A stretch of DNA of 63,986 nt, filler included, from Octopus bimaculoides (GCF_001194135.2; 5 parts of 4 records of this genome joined end to end with filler, not necessarily neighbours in it), one strand, 5' to 3'. Shown: positions 49,551 through 62,385, counted from the whole stretch's first letter. A program made the numbers and translations. Notes: generated by a model from the sequence alone, not told the origin.

Positions 49551-50049
49551 ATCGTAAAATTACAGAATGTAAACAAACAAATGTAAGAGAAACTATTTGG
49601 TCGTAAATTTTTGAATTGTAAACAAAGAATAAAGAATAATACTTAGCTCAAATTTCTATCTTTACAAGAACAATCTCTCAGCACGTGGTTCCTTCGAAGA
49701 TGGTTATTCGCTTTGGTTCACTGACATTAATGTGCGTTGTATAATATATTATTTTCCTTCTCTTTTTACGGATATATTGCAAAGGACCGTCGTTAAACAA
49801 CAGGTACCGTGTTTTGTGTCTGTTTCAGCAAATATTTATCTTCGATATGGAAAATACCTGTTGGTTGCTTCAAGAAACAGAGACAGTATGTCTTACCNNN
49901 NNNNNNNNNNNNNNNNNNNNNNNNNNNNNNNNNNNNNNNNNNNNNNNNNNNNNNNNNNNNNNNNNNNNNNNNNNNNNNNNNNNNNNNNNNNNNNNNNNNN
50001 NNNNNNNNNNNNNNNNNNNNNNNNNNNNNNNNNNNNNNNNNNNNNNNNC

Positions 50050-50380
50050 CCCATCAAGACTCCCATGGACCATCCTCTTCAGTGAGCTCATCAATGACAA
50101 ACTACATCAAGGAGTCTTAATATGCAGATTCAAAGACTAACCGAAGTCTTCCCTCCTTCAAGCTGGGAAACAGAAACAACTGGTAAACAGAAGCCACTGA
50201 CTTTCCATCCTGATGAAGAGCAATTCATCTCAGCAGTTCCACTTTTGAGGAGAAAAGAAAGACTGAAGAAAAAGCAAAAAGACAAATACTAGGCCTCCCT
50301 GCCATGTGATCAATGCCCAAGACTGTTCCATTCCCAAATTGGCCTTCTGAGCCATGTCAAGTTTAAGCATGATGGAGGCA
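50050..50380 (+). mobile_element. RTE-BovB-like LINE C-terminal fragment
   Basis: PSRLPWTILFSEL..RFKD..WETE..FEEKRKTEEKAKR..LPCDQCPRLFHSQIGLLSHVKFKH across frameshifts. Confidence 0.75.
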
Positions 50381-50759
50381 CCAGATGAACCAAACTCAGA
50401 TAAAAGTGGTGCCAATGACAATGAGAGGTTTGTATGTTAGGCTCATGGTTGGTTGGTCATGTGTTCAGTCAAGGAATACTCTTGTATTCTCAACATCTTA
50501 AATCTCACATAAACTAGGATAAGCTCTTGTTTAATGGATCTGTAGGCATGAGACAGACTTTAACTTTAACTCAGGGTATTGATCCAAAGAGAAGACAAGT
50601 GTCCAAGGTGCCATAAAATCAGATTGAAAACTAAAACCTCAAGGCTGCGAAACAAACTCCTTAACCACATTTTTATGTTTATGTCCATACATTTATTTAT
50701 ATCAGGCATCTATGAAGTGTTTTAGCTTGAATCTATATAGGAAGACATTTTATACTCAT

Positions 50760-51305
50760 TGTACTTGAGAAGATTTGTCAAGCCAAGTGAAATCGTAGTC
50801 GTGGCTGATGCTGGTGTCACATGACTGACATCCATGCCAGTGGCATGTAAAAAGCACCCATTACACTCTTGGAATAGTTGGTGTCAGGAAGGGCACCAAA
50901 CTGTAGAAACCATGCCAAATCAAACTGGAACTTGGTACAGCTCTCCAGCTTACCTCTTCCAGTCAGACCATCTAATCCATGCCAGCATGGAAAGCAGACA
51001 CTAAATGATGATGATGATGATAAATATAGATGCAAGCATGGCTGTGTGGTAAGAAGTTTGCTTCCCAATTACATGGTTCTTGATTCAGTCTTACTGTGTA
51101 ACACTTGGACAGGTGTCTTCTACTATAGCCTCAAGCTGACCAAAGCCTTGTCAGTAGATTTGGTAGATGGAAACTGAAAGCAGCCTGTCATATATATGTA
51201 TGTGAGTGTGTCTTTGCAGTTGTGTTTGAAAATTGGTGTTGGTGTGTTTACATTCTCTTAGCTTAGTGGTTCGGCAAAAGACTGATAGAATAAGTACCAG
51301 GCTTT
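50760..51305 (+). mobile_element. RTE 3' tail with (GAT)n followed by SINE B
   Basis: tgagaagatttgtcaagccaagtgaaatcg...ccatgccagcatggaaagcagacactaaat(gat)n, then gcatggctgtgtggtaagaagtttgc. Confidence 0.8.
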
Positions 51306-51641
51306 ATAACAGCCCCAAATGCTGTTATAATGCACACAGCCCCTATCAGAATACATATGTGCTTTATAACGGCATTCAAGCATTTTAGCTCTTATTTCTA
51401 GCAATGTAGGTGTCTTGACACCCTTAGTCACTTTTAGTTGACAGCTATAATTCTCCTTTACAGTATAACATTGCAACTAGCTGTTTTTATTAAATTTTAT
51501 ATACACATTAGCAATCTGCTAAATCATCCATAAATTTTTATGGTAAATACATATATTCTGGTAGGTGAAGTAGCCCAGAATCTGTCGAATGAGCTGGCTT
51601 TACTAACGATGAGTACGGACATAGACAAAATTGACCAGTCA

Positions 51642-51693
<52 letters not shown>

Positions 51694-52892
51694 ACATATA
51701 TACATACATATATATATATATACATATATATGTGTGTGCGTGTGTGTGTGTGTGTGTGTGAACTAGTACATTCTAGTATTTGCTTGTGGAACACNNNNNN
51801 NNNNNNNNNNNNNNNNNNNNNNNNNNNNNNNNNNNNNNNNNNNNNNNNNNNNNNNNNNNNNNNNNNNNNNNNNNNNNNNNNNNNNNNNNNNNNNNATATA
51901 TATATATATATACATATATATGTGTGTGCGTGTGTGTGTGTGTGTGTGAACTAGTACATTCTAGTATTTGCTTGTGGAACACTTGTAAAGATTATATAAT
52001 ATGATGACATGACAAAATTTAAACTAACTCTTCTACTTTATTCTACTCTCTCCCTCTTTCATGCACACACACACATCCACCCATCCATCCACAGGTACAT
52101 ACATGCATGCATGCATGCATACATACATACTTATAATATATACATATGTATGTAAACATATACACACATACTACATGTATGTACATACAAATATGGATAT
52201 ATGTGTACATACATACATAGAAACTTGCATGCATATACATACACACACATGCATGCACAAACACACATGTATACATACATAGAGGCATGCAAGCACAGAT
52301 ACATATAAATATATACTACATACACACACACACACACACACACGTGCACACGCACATGTGCACATACATGCACACGCACACACACATATTTCTTTCACAT
52401 ATTCATGTATCCAATTCTGAATATGCTTGTGCATAGAAAACTACAGATGCATATAAGTGAATTAGTGCAGAAACAATGCAGGTTAATAACTCCGAGAATG
52501 ATTTATTACATTAAAGCTAATAGCTTTTGAAATTTGCAACTAACGGCAACCCTGCTTATCAATTTCTTCATATGAGGAATACCTGGATACCTACCTAAGT
52601 CAGTTTTAAGTACTGTGCATTTGGATATATTGGATTATATGCACTCATACACAAATGTGTGTGTGAGTATATCATTTCATACACACACCTGCACACATAT
52701 CACAAATATATATATCTACACAAATTAATGAATGATAGAAGAACAGAAATTACATAATCACTCTCATTCGCTTACAGTTGTTTCTGCTATAAGAAGCAGT
52801 GCTTTCAGAGCTGAACGCTTGTACAAAATCCTATATATGGTTCTGAATGTAACCAACTCTATGTATCTAAATATATTCTGAAATAAACACAC

Positions 52893-53164
52893 ATGTCTGG
52901 AATGTTTTTGAACATAAATCTACTCGATCAGTGTCAATCTGGAGCTAAACAGAAGTGCTTCCATCAAAACAACACTGAAGAGACTGATATTTACTATGGT
53001 TAGTGGTCATTGCACTTTCAACAATTTGCTGAAAGTGCAATGACCACTAACCATAGTAAATATCAGTCTCTTCATTGTTGGACATATTTTTGATGGAAGC
53101 ACTTCTGTTTAGCTCCAGATTGACCCTAATCAAGCAGATTTATGTTCAAAGACATTCCAGACAT
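52893..53164. repeat. Long fold-back inverted repeat (arms about 130 bp)
   Basis: Perfect 45-bp inner stem (tgaagagactg...cactttca), perfect 37-bp middle stem (52933-52969 with 53088-53124), diverged outer stem of about 40 bp, and a 9-nt loop. Confidence 0.95.
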
Positions 53165-53339
53165 AACTGTCTAGTCTGGAATGTCTTTATTTGACAGGCA
53201 TAGTGTATCCAAGTGTACCTTTTCTAACAGTTTTAATGATCATGTAGAGTTTCTATTGTTGGCTCCTGAAGGAAGGTAAATTTTATTTATATGATATATA
53301 GCAGTTTTGATTCTTTAGGATTTTTTGGAAATTTTAAGT

Positions 53340-53650
53340 AATGACTGAGTATGGTTGCATATTCAAGCGTCTGAAATGAGGTTTATCTAAAGGATTTCTG
53401 GAGTAATGTTAACCAACAGGGTGCATGGCTAAGAGGTCAGAGAGTCTTTCCAGGTCAAGCTGCTACTTCTCTCCTCTAAAAGGTCACAGATCCGGTAACA
53501 CAGACATGTTTTGAATGTCACAGGAAAGAACCACAAGACCAATGCTTCAAGCTGAGCCAACTGGTAGGAGATCCAGGGATAGACCAAGAATGAGATAGTA
53601 GGATAATATCCATAATCTCAGTTGTGACATCTGGGAACCCCCACTGGAAA
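53340..53650 (+). mobile_element. RTE (Expander-like) C-terminal remnant
   Basis: IQASEMRF..V.ESFQVKLLLL..QIR..HV..M.QERTTRPMLQAEPTGRRSRDRPRMR. Confidence 0.6.
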
Positions 53651-54363
53651 GTGTAATGACAAAAATATATACAAGTGACAGAGGCAGTATTAACCCCAAA
53701 AAGTCATACATATCCCCACTTAAATGAAGATGATCTGTTAGAACAAACTATACTGCAGTAGATACCTGAGAACTCTAACCCCACAACCCTCCAAGGAACA
53801 GTGGGCAAACAAAATGGAGGAACAGCTTAAGGGTTCACACAAACTGCAGCAAACTATCTGAACCAGCATTATTGAGTTTAGATTATGGGTGCCACTTGTT
53901 ATATGTGCCATATATTTGACTGGATTACATGAAAGTATTGGTCATGGCAGTAGTGTTAACACTGCAGTGCTATTGGTAGTAGATGTAACAACAGCTTACG
54001 TTGAAGATCTCTAATCAAGTTTCTTGTGATTGATTTTAAGCTGTTTCTGAAAAATGTGTAATTAAAGAGTCTATACTTTTTAAATGGTTACATCAAAGAA
54101 GAAGTAAAAAGTGATTCAATGCAAATTTAATTGGAACTTTTTATAAAATGGAATATTGATTTCTTACAGTGGCACAAGACCAGATCTGGAAAGGCAACAT
54201 ACATATGCGTATACATACATATATATAATTATATATTTATATATATATATGCATATCTATCTATCTATCTATCTATCTATCTGTCTATCTATCTACCAAT
54301 CTCTCTTTCTCTCTCTCTCTCACATATTCTCTCTCTCACCTCTCTCTCTCTCTATGTATGTGC

Positions 54364-54434
<71 letters not shown>

Positions 54435-54477
54435 CACACACACACACACACATATATATATATGTATGTATGTATGT

Positions 54478-54890
54478 GGTTGATGCCAGTGCTGCCTGTG
54501 CTAGTGGCACATAATAAGCACCACTCAAGCATAGGTCAATGCCAGTGCCACCTGACTGGCTCCCAGTACCAGTGGTATGTAAAAAGCACCAACTGAACGA
54601 GGTCAATGCCAGTCCCCCAGGATTGGCTCCTGTGCCGATGGCATGTAAAAAGCTCCATCCAAACGTGGTTGATGCCAATGCTGCCTGGTTGGCTCTTGTG
54701 CCAGTGGCACATAAAAAGAACCCATTACACTCTCGGAGTGTTTGGCATTAGGAAGGGCATCCAGCTGTGGAAACCTTGCCAGATCAGATTGGAACCTGGT
54801 GCAGCCTACTGGTTTGCCAGTCCCCAGTCAAAGTGCCCAACCCATGCCAGCATGGGAAACAGACGTTAAGCGATGATGATGAGGATGATG
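54478..54890 (+). mobile_element. RTE 3' UTR/tail with tandem sub-repeats
   Basis: Repeated gccagtggcac/tgtaaaaagcacc units, then ggcattaggaagggcatccagctg...gacgttaagc(gat)n. Confidence 0.85.
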
Positions 54891-54950
54891 TATATATGTG
54901 TTTGACAAAAGGTAGTGCTTCTGCATGGCTGCAGTCNNNNNNNNNNTATA

Positions 54951-54986
<36 letters not shown>

Positions 54987-55563
54987 TGTATATATACATG
55001 TATATATATGTGTATATACATATTTATAAGTGCGTGTGTATGTGACTGTGTGTGAGTGTGCAGGCATGTGTGCACACATGCATATGTGTGTGTATGTGTG
55101 CGTGTGTGTGCATGTGTGTGTATGCAAATGCATGCTAATCACACACACATATATAGCAACAGAAGCAAGTGATTTATATTATGCAATACATTTTTTAATA
55201 TGAAATTATTGTAACAAGGAAGAATAACAATAAGAATAAAAGTACAAAAATATAAAATGCAATAAGAATGATAGCAACAATAACGAAAATGTATTTTGAG
55301 TTATCATCATTGTTACTCAAGTTTTAATAAATGAACAGAATAAATTTTGGCTGAATTTTTAAAGTTCAATTTTACAGAAATGATGTTCAAGTAGATGTAT
55401 ATACACTTTATTTGCAGTTGTGTGTGTTGCTGTGCATTGACATACACGACCATACATACCCATAGATACATGTGTAGTTGTAATTAAGGAACTATACCAT
55501 AAGATTCATATCATAGTTACGGTTGCATGTATTAGGGGGTTATTGATTTGAAGAAATGTACGA

Positions 55564-55601
<38 letters not shown>

Positions 55602-56374
55602 GTATTCTCTATTTTTTATAATTTGAAATCTTCCTGTGTCGAAGGAGCTAGTTTCTGACAAAGATACAATGGTACAAAACCCTATTATATTGAATTTGAG
55701 GAAAGTTTTGCATATTCTCAATGTTTTGCTTGCAGATTGCATTTATAATGTGCAAATTAGCTAGTGGATTTCTTTTTCTGAACTAGCTTCTCCAGAGCAT
55801 CACTTAGGCATTTATTCACAAAAGCAAGTGCAATAATATTGGCATAAATGTGAATTTATAATCTGGGTATAAAAGCTGAAGACTTCAAAGGAGTTGTCTA
55901 TATTTATTCACTTTCTCTTTGCTTTTTCTAGAGATATTCAGCAGGGCAGCTGACTTCTAAGCATGTACATGTTTATGGTAAGTATGTGTGTGTGTGTGTG
56001 TATACATAAATCTCTCTCTATATATGTATATATATGTATAAATATATTCTTCATGTATATATATATATATATATATAAACACTATCTAAGGGATATTTGT
56101 ATCCAATGAATTACTGGTGTATTACCTATATGTAATTATGAGTATTAGTGTTAATGCTCATAAATGATAGGCAAAGAAAGGAATAAACTGAAGTTTATCT
56201 ATATTTAAGGAAAAATAAGAAAATGGAGATAAAATTGATAATTGATAAACATCAATTATTATTTTTTGTTTATAAAAAGACAATATCTCATCTGACACCT
56301 ATTTCTGTTCATGCTATTTTGAGCATAATCAGGCTTAATTATTACAATAATAATAATTATCATTGTAAATAATT

Positions 56375-56467
56375 GTGCCAACATAAATAGTGCAACTTCA
56401 TCAGAGTGGATGAAATTATTGAAGTTATTTTTCCGCTCTGATGAAGTTGCACTATTTAAGTTGGTAT
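56375..56467. ncRNA. Pri-miRNA-like hairpin (candidate)
   Basis: 26-bp upper stem (56385-56410 with 56432-56457, one G-U), 10-bp lower stem with one mismatch, 21-nt loop. Confidence 0.4.
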
Positions 56468-56490
56468 AACCATTTACAATGAAAATTATT

Positions 56491-56822
56491 GTGACCGGCA
56501 CATGTGCCAGTAGCACATAATAAAACAACATTCGAGCGTGGTCGTTGCCAGTTCCACCAGACTGGCTCCCGTGCAGGTAGCACGTAAAAAACACCTTTTC
56601 AGCATGATTGCTGCCATAACCACTTGACTGGCCCTCATGCTGGTGGCACCTAAAAGCACTCACTACCCTCTCAGAGTGGTTGGCGTTAGGAAGGGCATCC
56701 AGCTGTAGAAACTTTGCCAGATCAGACTGAGCCTGGTGCAGCCTTCTAGCTCACCGGTCCTCAGTCAAACCGTCCAACCCATGCCAGCATGGAAAGCGGA
56801 CATTAAACAACAACGATGGTGA
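56491..56822 (+). mobile_element. RTE 3' UTR/tail
   Basis: gagtggttggcgttaggaagggcatccagctgtagaaac...gcatggaaagcggacattaaac. Confidence 0.85.
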
Positions 56823-57152
56823 TATATATTTATGTATATATATATATATATATATNNNNNNNNNNNNNNNNNNNNNNNNNNNNNNNNNNNNNNNNNNNNT
56901 TAATTAATTAANNNNNNNNNNNNNNNNNNNNNNNNNNNNNNNNNNNNNNNNNNNNTAAATACTATCTGTAATTCTGTATTGACTCAAATGGAAAAATGTG
57001 TCACTCAAGAGGAACTTCAGTTTGAACAGTTTTCATGTTTCATATTTAGATGCTTTTATTAAATTCATTCAGTTGTTAAACATAGATAAATCTTGGAATT
57101 AAAAGGTTTTCATTTAATGTCAGGTGACTTTTGGACTGTATATAGTATATAG

Positions 57153-57197
<45 letters not shown>

Positions 57198-57652
57198 TGC
57201 ATACATACATACATTGTGAGTTTACAAAGGTGAGACCAGAAATGAGTCCAGTTGTTTAACCTATCTCTAAGTAGACTTGATTTAGAGAAAAACAAAAAGG
57301 AAGCATAGTCAGAGATGAAAGCTTGATTTTATATCTTCTGGATCAACAGTCCAGTGGCAGTGACAAAACAAATATAGACACCATATTCTAACAAAACAAA
57401 CAAAAAAAAAGCACTACTGCAAAAACAAAAATGTCAATTCCTTACAGAACTGAGTGCATTCATCCAAACCTAAAGGGGTTTTCCATTTCATTATTAATTT
57501 CATTAATGTAGCATAGAGCAAAAGGCAATGTGGGTCCCAGCTCGAAATGGACTTAGAAAACAAATGCTCATGACTAAACCTATAAATATTTTAGATGCCA
57601 TCATGAACAGTAAAAAAATTGGATAAAAGCTCATACTTCTATTATTTATTTG

Positions 57653-57713
<61 letters not shown>

Positions 57714-58410
57714 TGTATGTATGTATGCATGTATGTATGTTTTGTCTAAAAATTAAATGATGCAAAAAGCTAAGAAAATCGTTGCTTTCAGAAGTCTCAG
57801 TAGCTTAGACTGGGCCAGACTTTTTGTCTCTGGTACGTGGTGCTCTATAGGATTATATACAAGTGCTGATTACACTAGACATGTATGAGACAAAAAACAT
57901 TGTAAGGAATGGCTCTACTCTATTTATCGAGTGTGTTCATCTATTGACTCTTTGATCAGTACAGTAAGACAGTGAAATGTCCATTGTTAAGCAGTCGTGG
58001 TTTTACAGGAAAATGGCAAAATTTGTAATTGAATAGTTTGATAAATGTGTGTGGTCTGCTAATAAACCACTATTTATTTAGCAATAGATATAACTGTAAA
58101 TTGTTAGAATCTATCTGCATGTATATATCTATGAGTATACATATGTATGGATGGATGGATGAATGTATGTATGTTCTCTTCTGTTTGAGTTCTTTCTTTG
58201 AGGAAGAAGCTGGTTTTTAACAAAGATGCAATGCTTCATCACTGGAAGGTAAATAACAAAAAAAAAAAAAAATCACAATTTAAACTTGAGTAAAGTTTTG
58301 CATATTTTTACTGTTTCACTTACAGATTGTTTTGTAATGTATGAGTTATCTAGTTGATGTATTTTTCTGAAAACCCTTGCTCATCCAGATTGTTACATCG
58401 ACATTTATTC

Positions 58411-58806
58411 TTTTAATTGTTTCAGTCATTTGACTGTGGCCATGCTGGAGCACCGCCTTTAGTCGAGCAAATCGACCCCAGGACTTATTCTTTGTAAGCC
58501 TAGTACTTATTCTATCGGTCCCTTTTGCCGAACCGCTAAGTTACGGGGACATAAACACACCACCATCGGTTGTCAAGCAATGGTGGTGGGGACAAACACA
58601 GAAACACAAACACACACACACATACATACATATACATATATACGACAGGCTTCTTTCAGTTTCTGTCTACCAAATCCACTCACAAGGCTTTGGTCGGCTC
58701 GAGGCTATAGTAGAAGACACTTGCCCAAGGTGCCATGCAGTGGGACTGAACCCGTAACCATGTGGTTGGTAAGCAAGCTACTTACCACACAGCCACTCCT
58801 GCGCCT
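58411..58806 (-). mobile_element. SINE family B, full length
   Basis: Complete head-core-microsatellite-tail, flanked by tattc. It interrupts an older duplicated segment. Confidence 0.92.
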
Positions 58807-59089
58807 ATTCACAAAAAAAAAAAAGTGAACCGATTATGTGAAATTGTAATTTGGATATAGAGGCAGAAGGTTTCAAAGCAGTTGTCCATAATTATACTCT
58901 TTCTCTTTGATTTCCAAAGAGATATTCAGGTCAGCAGAAACACTACCCTCTATGATGGTATATACCTTCCTTGTCTGTTCCAAACAACAGTATCCACCCT
59001 GTTATGTCTACAAACAAAAAGCTGTTTTGATGGGAATGTTCCACCAGTGTTTCTTGTGTTGATATTTATGTACATATTCAATAACTTAA

Positions 59090-59660
59090 TTTATTGACCC
59101 CGAATGGATCAAAGGCAAAGTTGACCTTGGTGGAATTTGAATTCAGAATGTAAAGACAGACAAAATACCAGTAAGCATTTTGCCCGGTGAGCTGGCAGAA
59201 AAGTTAGCACGCCACCTTAGTCACAAATAATAATCTTTCTATTTGAGGCACAACACCCAAAAGTTTTGGGGAGGGGGCAAGTCGATTTGATCGACCCCAG
59301 AATGCAACTGTTACTTAATTTATCAACCTCAAAAGGATGAAAGACAAAGTCGACCTCGGCATGTAAAGTCAACCTCAGAATGTAAAAACAGACGAAATAC
59401 CTCTAAGCATATTGCCCGGCGTGCTAACGTCTCTTATTTATTTATTGCCCACAAGGGGCTAGATATAGAAGAGACAAAAAAAGACAGACAAAGGGATTAA
59501 GTCGATTACATCAACCCTAATGCATGACTGGTACTTAATTTATCGACCCCGAAAGGATGAAAGGCAAAGTCGACCTTGGAGGAATTTGAACTCAGAACGT
59601 AAAGACAGACGAAATACCGCTAAGCATTTTGCCTAGCATGCTAACGTTTCTGCCAACTCA
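59090..59660 (-). mobile_element. SINE family A tandem multimer (about three units)
   Basis: Repeated gaccccgaa.ggat.aaaggcaaagt.gacct.gg.ggaatttgaa.tcagaa.gtaaagacagac units. Confidence 0.85.
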
Positions 59661-60104
59661 CCACCTTTTCATTGGGGCATATCAGCAAATAGTTTTTACA
59701 CTATTTGTATGCAGTCATGGAATGGCAATTCAGTTCAGGTATGTAATGTTGATAAGTCAGAAAAATGGTGAAGCATTGATGTCCATCACTCTTGAATGGG
59801 ATCGAGGGTAAGTTGTCTTACCTGTCTGGGATTTTCAGGTGTTTTAACACAAGGCACTTTGAGAGATTCATCTCCACCATGTTAAATCACAGTCTACTGG
59901 CAAACAATCTAATCAAATACATTGAGTAAATATTGTCGATAATGTTTAAATGAATATGCTCTTTAATAAATAACCAGCTGAAGTTACAGACTGACTCAAG
60001 AACGGAGAATTTCATGCATTGGCGCTCACTTATCAATCCATGAAACCGTCAGCTCTTGTGTCACTCTGTAACGTTTACTAATTATCAATACAAAACTTAT
60101 ATAT

Positions 60105-60268
60105 AGGTACAGGATTGGCAGTATAATAAGAAGCTTTCTTACCAAGCCCATGGTTCCAAATTCAGCCCCACTGCATGGCACCTCAGGCAAGTGTCTTCTA
60201 CTATAGCTTTAGGTTGACCAAAGCCTTGTTAGTGGATTTGGTAGATGGAAACTGAAAGAAACCCGTCG

Positions 60269-60307
<39 letters not shown>

Positions 60308-61525
60308 NNNNNNNNNNNNNNNNNNNNNNNNNNNNNNNNNNNNNNNNNNNNNNNNNNNNNNNNNNNNNNNNNNNNNNNNNNNNNNNNNNNNNNNNNNNNN
60401 NNNNNNNNNNNNNNNNNNNNNNNNNNNNNNNNNNNNNNNNNNNNNNNNNNNNNNNNNNNNNNNNNNNNNNNNNNNNNNNNNNNNNNNNNNNNNNNNNNNN
60501 NNNNNNNNNNNNNNNNNNNNNNNNNNNNNNNNNNNNNNNNNNNNNNNNNNNNNNNNNNNNNNNNNNNNNNNNNNNNNNNNNNNNNNNNNNNNNNNNNNNN
60601 NNNNNNNNNNNNNNNNNNNNNNNNNNNNNNNNNNNNNNNNNNNNNNNNNNNNNNNNNNNNNNNNNNNNNNNNNNNNNNNNNNNNNNNNNNNNNNNNNNNN
60701 NNNNNNNNNNNNNNNNNNNNNNNNNNNNNNNNNNNNNNNNNNNNNNNNNNNNNNNNNNNNNNNNNNNNNNNNNNNNNNNNNNNNNNNNNNNNNNNNNNNN
60801 NNNNNNNNNNNNNNNNNNNNNNNNNNNNNNNNNNNNNNNNNNNNNNNNNNNNNNNNNNNNNNNNNNNNNNNNNNNNNNNNNNNNNNNNNNNNNNNNNNNN
60901 NNNNNNNNNNNNNNNNNNNNNNNNNNNNNNNNNNNNNNNNNNNNNNNNNNNNNNNNNNNNNNNNNNNNNNNNNNNNNNNNNNNNNNNNNNNNNNNNNNNN
61001 NNNNNNNNNNNNNNNNNNNNNNNNNNNNNNNNNNNNNNNNNNNNNNNNNNNNNNNNNNNNNNNNNNNNNNNNNNNNNNNNNNNNNNNNNNNNNNNNNNNN
61101 NNNNNNNNNNNNNNNNNNNNNNNNNNNNNNNNNNNNNNNNNNNNNNNNNNNNNNNNNNNNNNNNNNNNNNNNNNNNNNNNNNNNNNNNNNNNNNNNNNNN
61201 NNNNNNNNNNNNNNNNNNNNNNNNNNNNNNNNNNNNNNNNNNNNNNNNNNNNNNNNNNNNNNNNNNNNNNNNNNNNNNNNNNCGTGTATATGTATATATA
61301 TATATGTATGTATGTATGTGTTTGTGTGTCTGTGTTTGTCCCCCCAACATCGCTTGACAACTGATGCTGGTGTGTTTATGTCCCCGTAACTTTGCGGTTC
61401 GGCAAAAGAGACCGATAGAATAAGTACTAGGCTTCTAAAGAATAAGTCCTGGGGTCGATTTGCTCGACTAAAGGCGGTGCTCCAGCATGGCCGCAGTTAA
61501 AAGACTGAAACAAGTAAAAAAAAAA
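60105..61525 (+). mobile_element. SINE family B spanning an N gap inside its microsatellite
   Basis: The head lies at 60105-60270 and the tail at 61320-61525. The gap size is likely overestimated. Confidence 0.85.
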
Positions 61526-62340
61526 TTTAAAAAAAAAAATATACCCAATGTGTCTCTTTAAATAACTCGTTTTATATGTAGCTAGCCAGCCGAATGTCTA
61601 TGTCTATGTGTGTTTAAGCGTAAATTTATGCATTACGCGTACACACACACATACACACACACTTCTATAAAATACTCTTTCTTTCATGTCTGCCTTGCAC
61701 AAAACAATGTTAAATAGATATTTAACTTTTATTTTTGCCACTCATTCTCCTCTTCCTTTTCTCACAGATTTCCTTATTTCCATCATCATCAACGTTGTTA
61801 TTTTTCTAATTGTTTTTTTTTCTTTTGTTCTTCTTTTTCTTGCTTCTGTTTCTTCAAAAATGGAGACTTCCCAAATATTTGTACACATGCTAACAGATGT
61901 ATTTTTGTACTTTATCACTTTCTCAGTATGTCTGTACTTGATGAATATTTCTTTAAGTGCGTAACAATAAATCTATATATATATATATAAAAAAGAAATA
62001 ACACAAAAGATTTAACTTCTGCAAGTTTGTTTCTCTATGTACATACATAAATGCGGGATTGTGAGTTTCATTTGTATTTACATATANNNNNNNNNNNNNN
62101 NNNNNNNNNNNNNNNNNNNNNNNNNNNNNNTTAATTAATTAANNNNNNNNNNNNNNNNNNNNNNNNNNNNNNNNNNNNNNNNNNNNATACTACACTTTAT
62201 CGTGCAGTTACTGTTAATACTTCATTTAGAGAATTAACATTGCTTGTTTTCACCTTTTCAATATCAGTGAAGAATTTCACTGGAAAAGAAGATATAAGGT
62301 TTGCCAGGTTTTTGTCTCTCTCACCAAGGTCATCAGCTGT

Positions 62341-62385
62341 CGAACGCCGACGAAGGGAAATAACCCTGAAATCCGGATACGTTCG
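62341..62385 (+). ncRNA. Minimal type I hammerhead ribozyme motif (U4C core variant)
   Basis: Stem I CGAACG/CGTTCG, core CCGACGA, stem II AGGG/CCCT with a 6-nt loop, GAAA, palindromic stem III ATCCGGAT, cleavage triplet AUA (after 62379). Confidence 0.7.

Noticed and set aside
51565-51637. Possible plus exon GEVAQNLSNELALLTMSTDIDKID, and short splice-bounded segments at 57792-57832, 59715-59738 and 59761-59807
   Set aside because: Splice-like signals of this strength are expected by chance in AT-rich DNA; they do not chain into a recognisable protein.
51721-51982. Identical ~75-bp sequence on both sides of the 51795-51895 gap
   Set aside because: Typical unmerged contig overlap rather than a true tandem duplication.
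54170-54193. 24-nt micro-exon candidate reading (V)AQDQIWK, reminiscent of the C20orf85/CIMIP1 N-terminal motif
   Set aside because: Only eight residues, it would need a weak GC donor, and no following W...WGFL exon was found; likely chance.
650-61389. Long ORFs containing X runs (for example 7257-8552, 37236-38228, 44601-45740, 60209-61360)
   Set aside because: They are open only because N gaps and dinucleotide repeats contain no stops.
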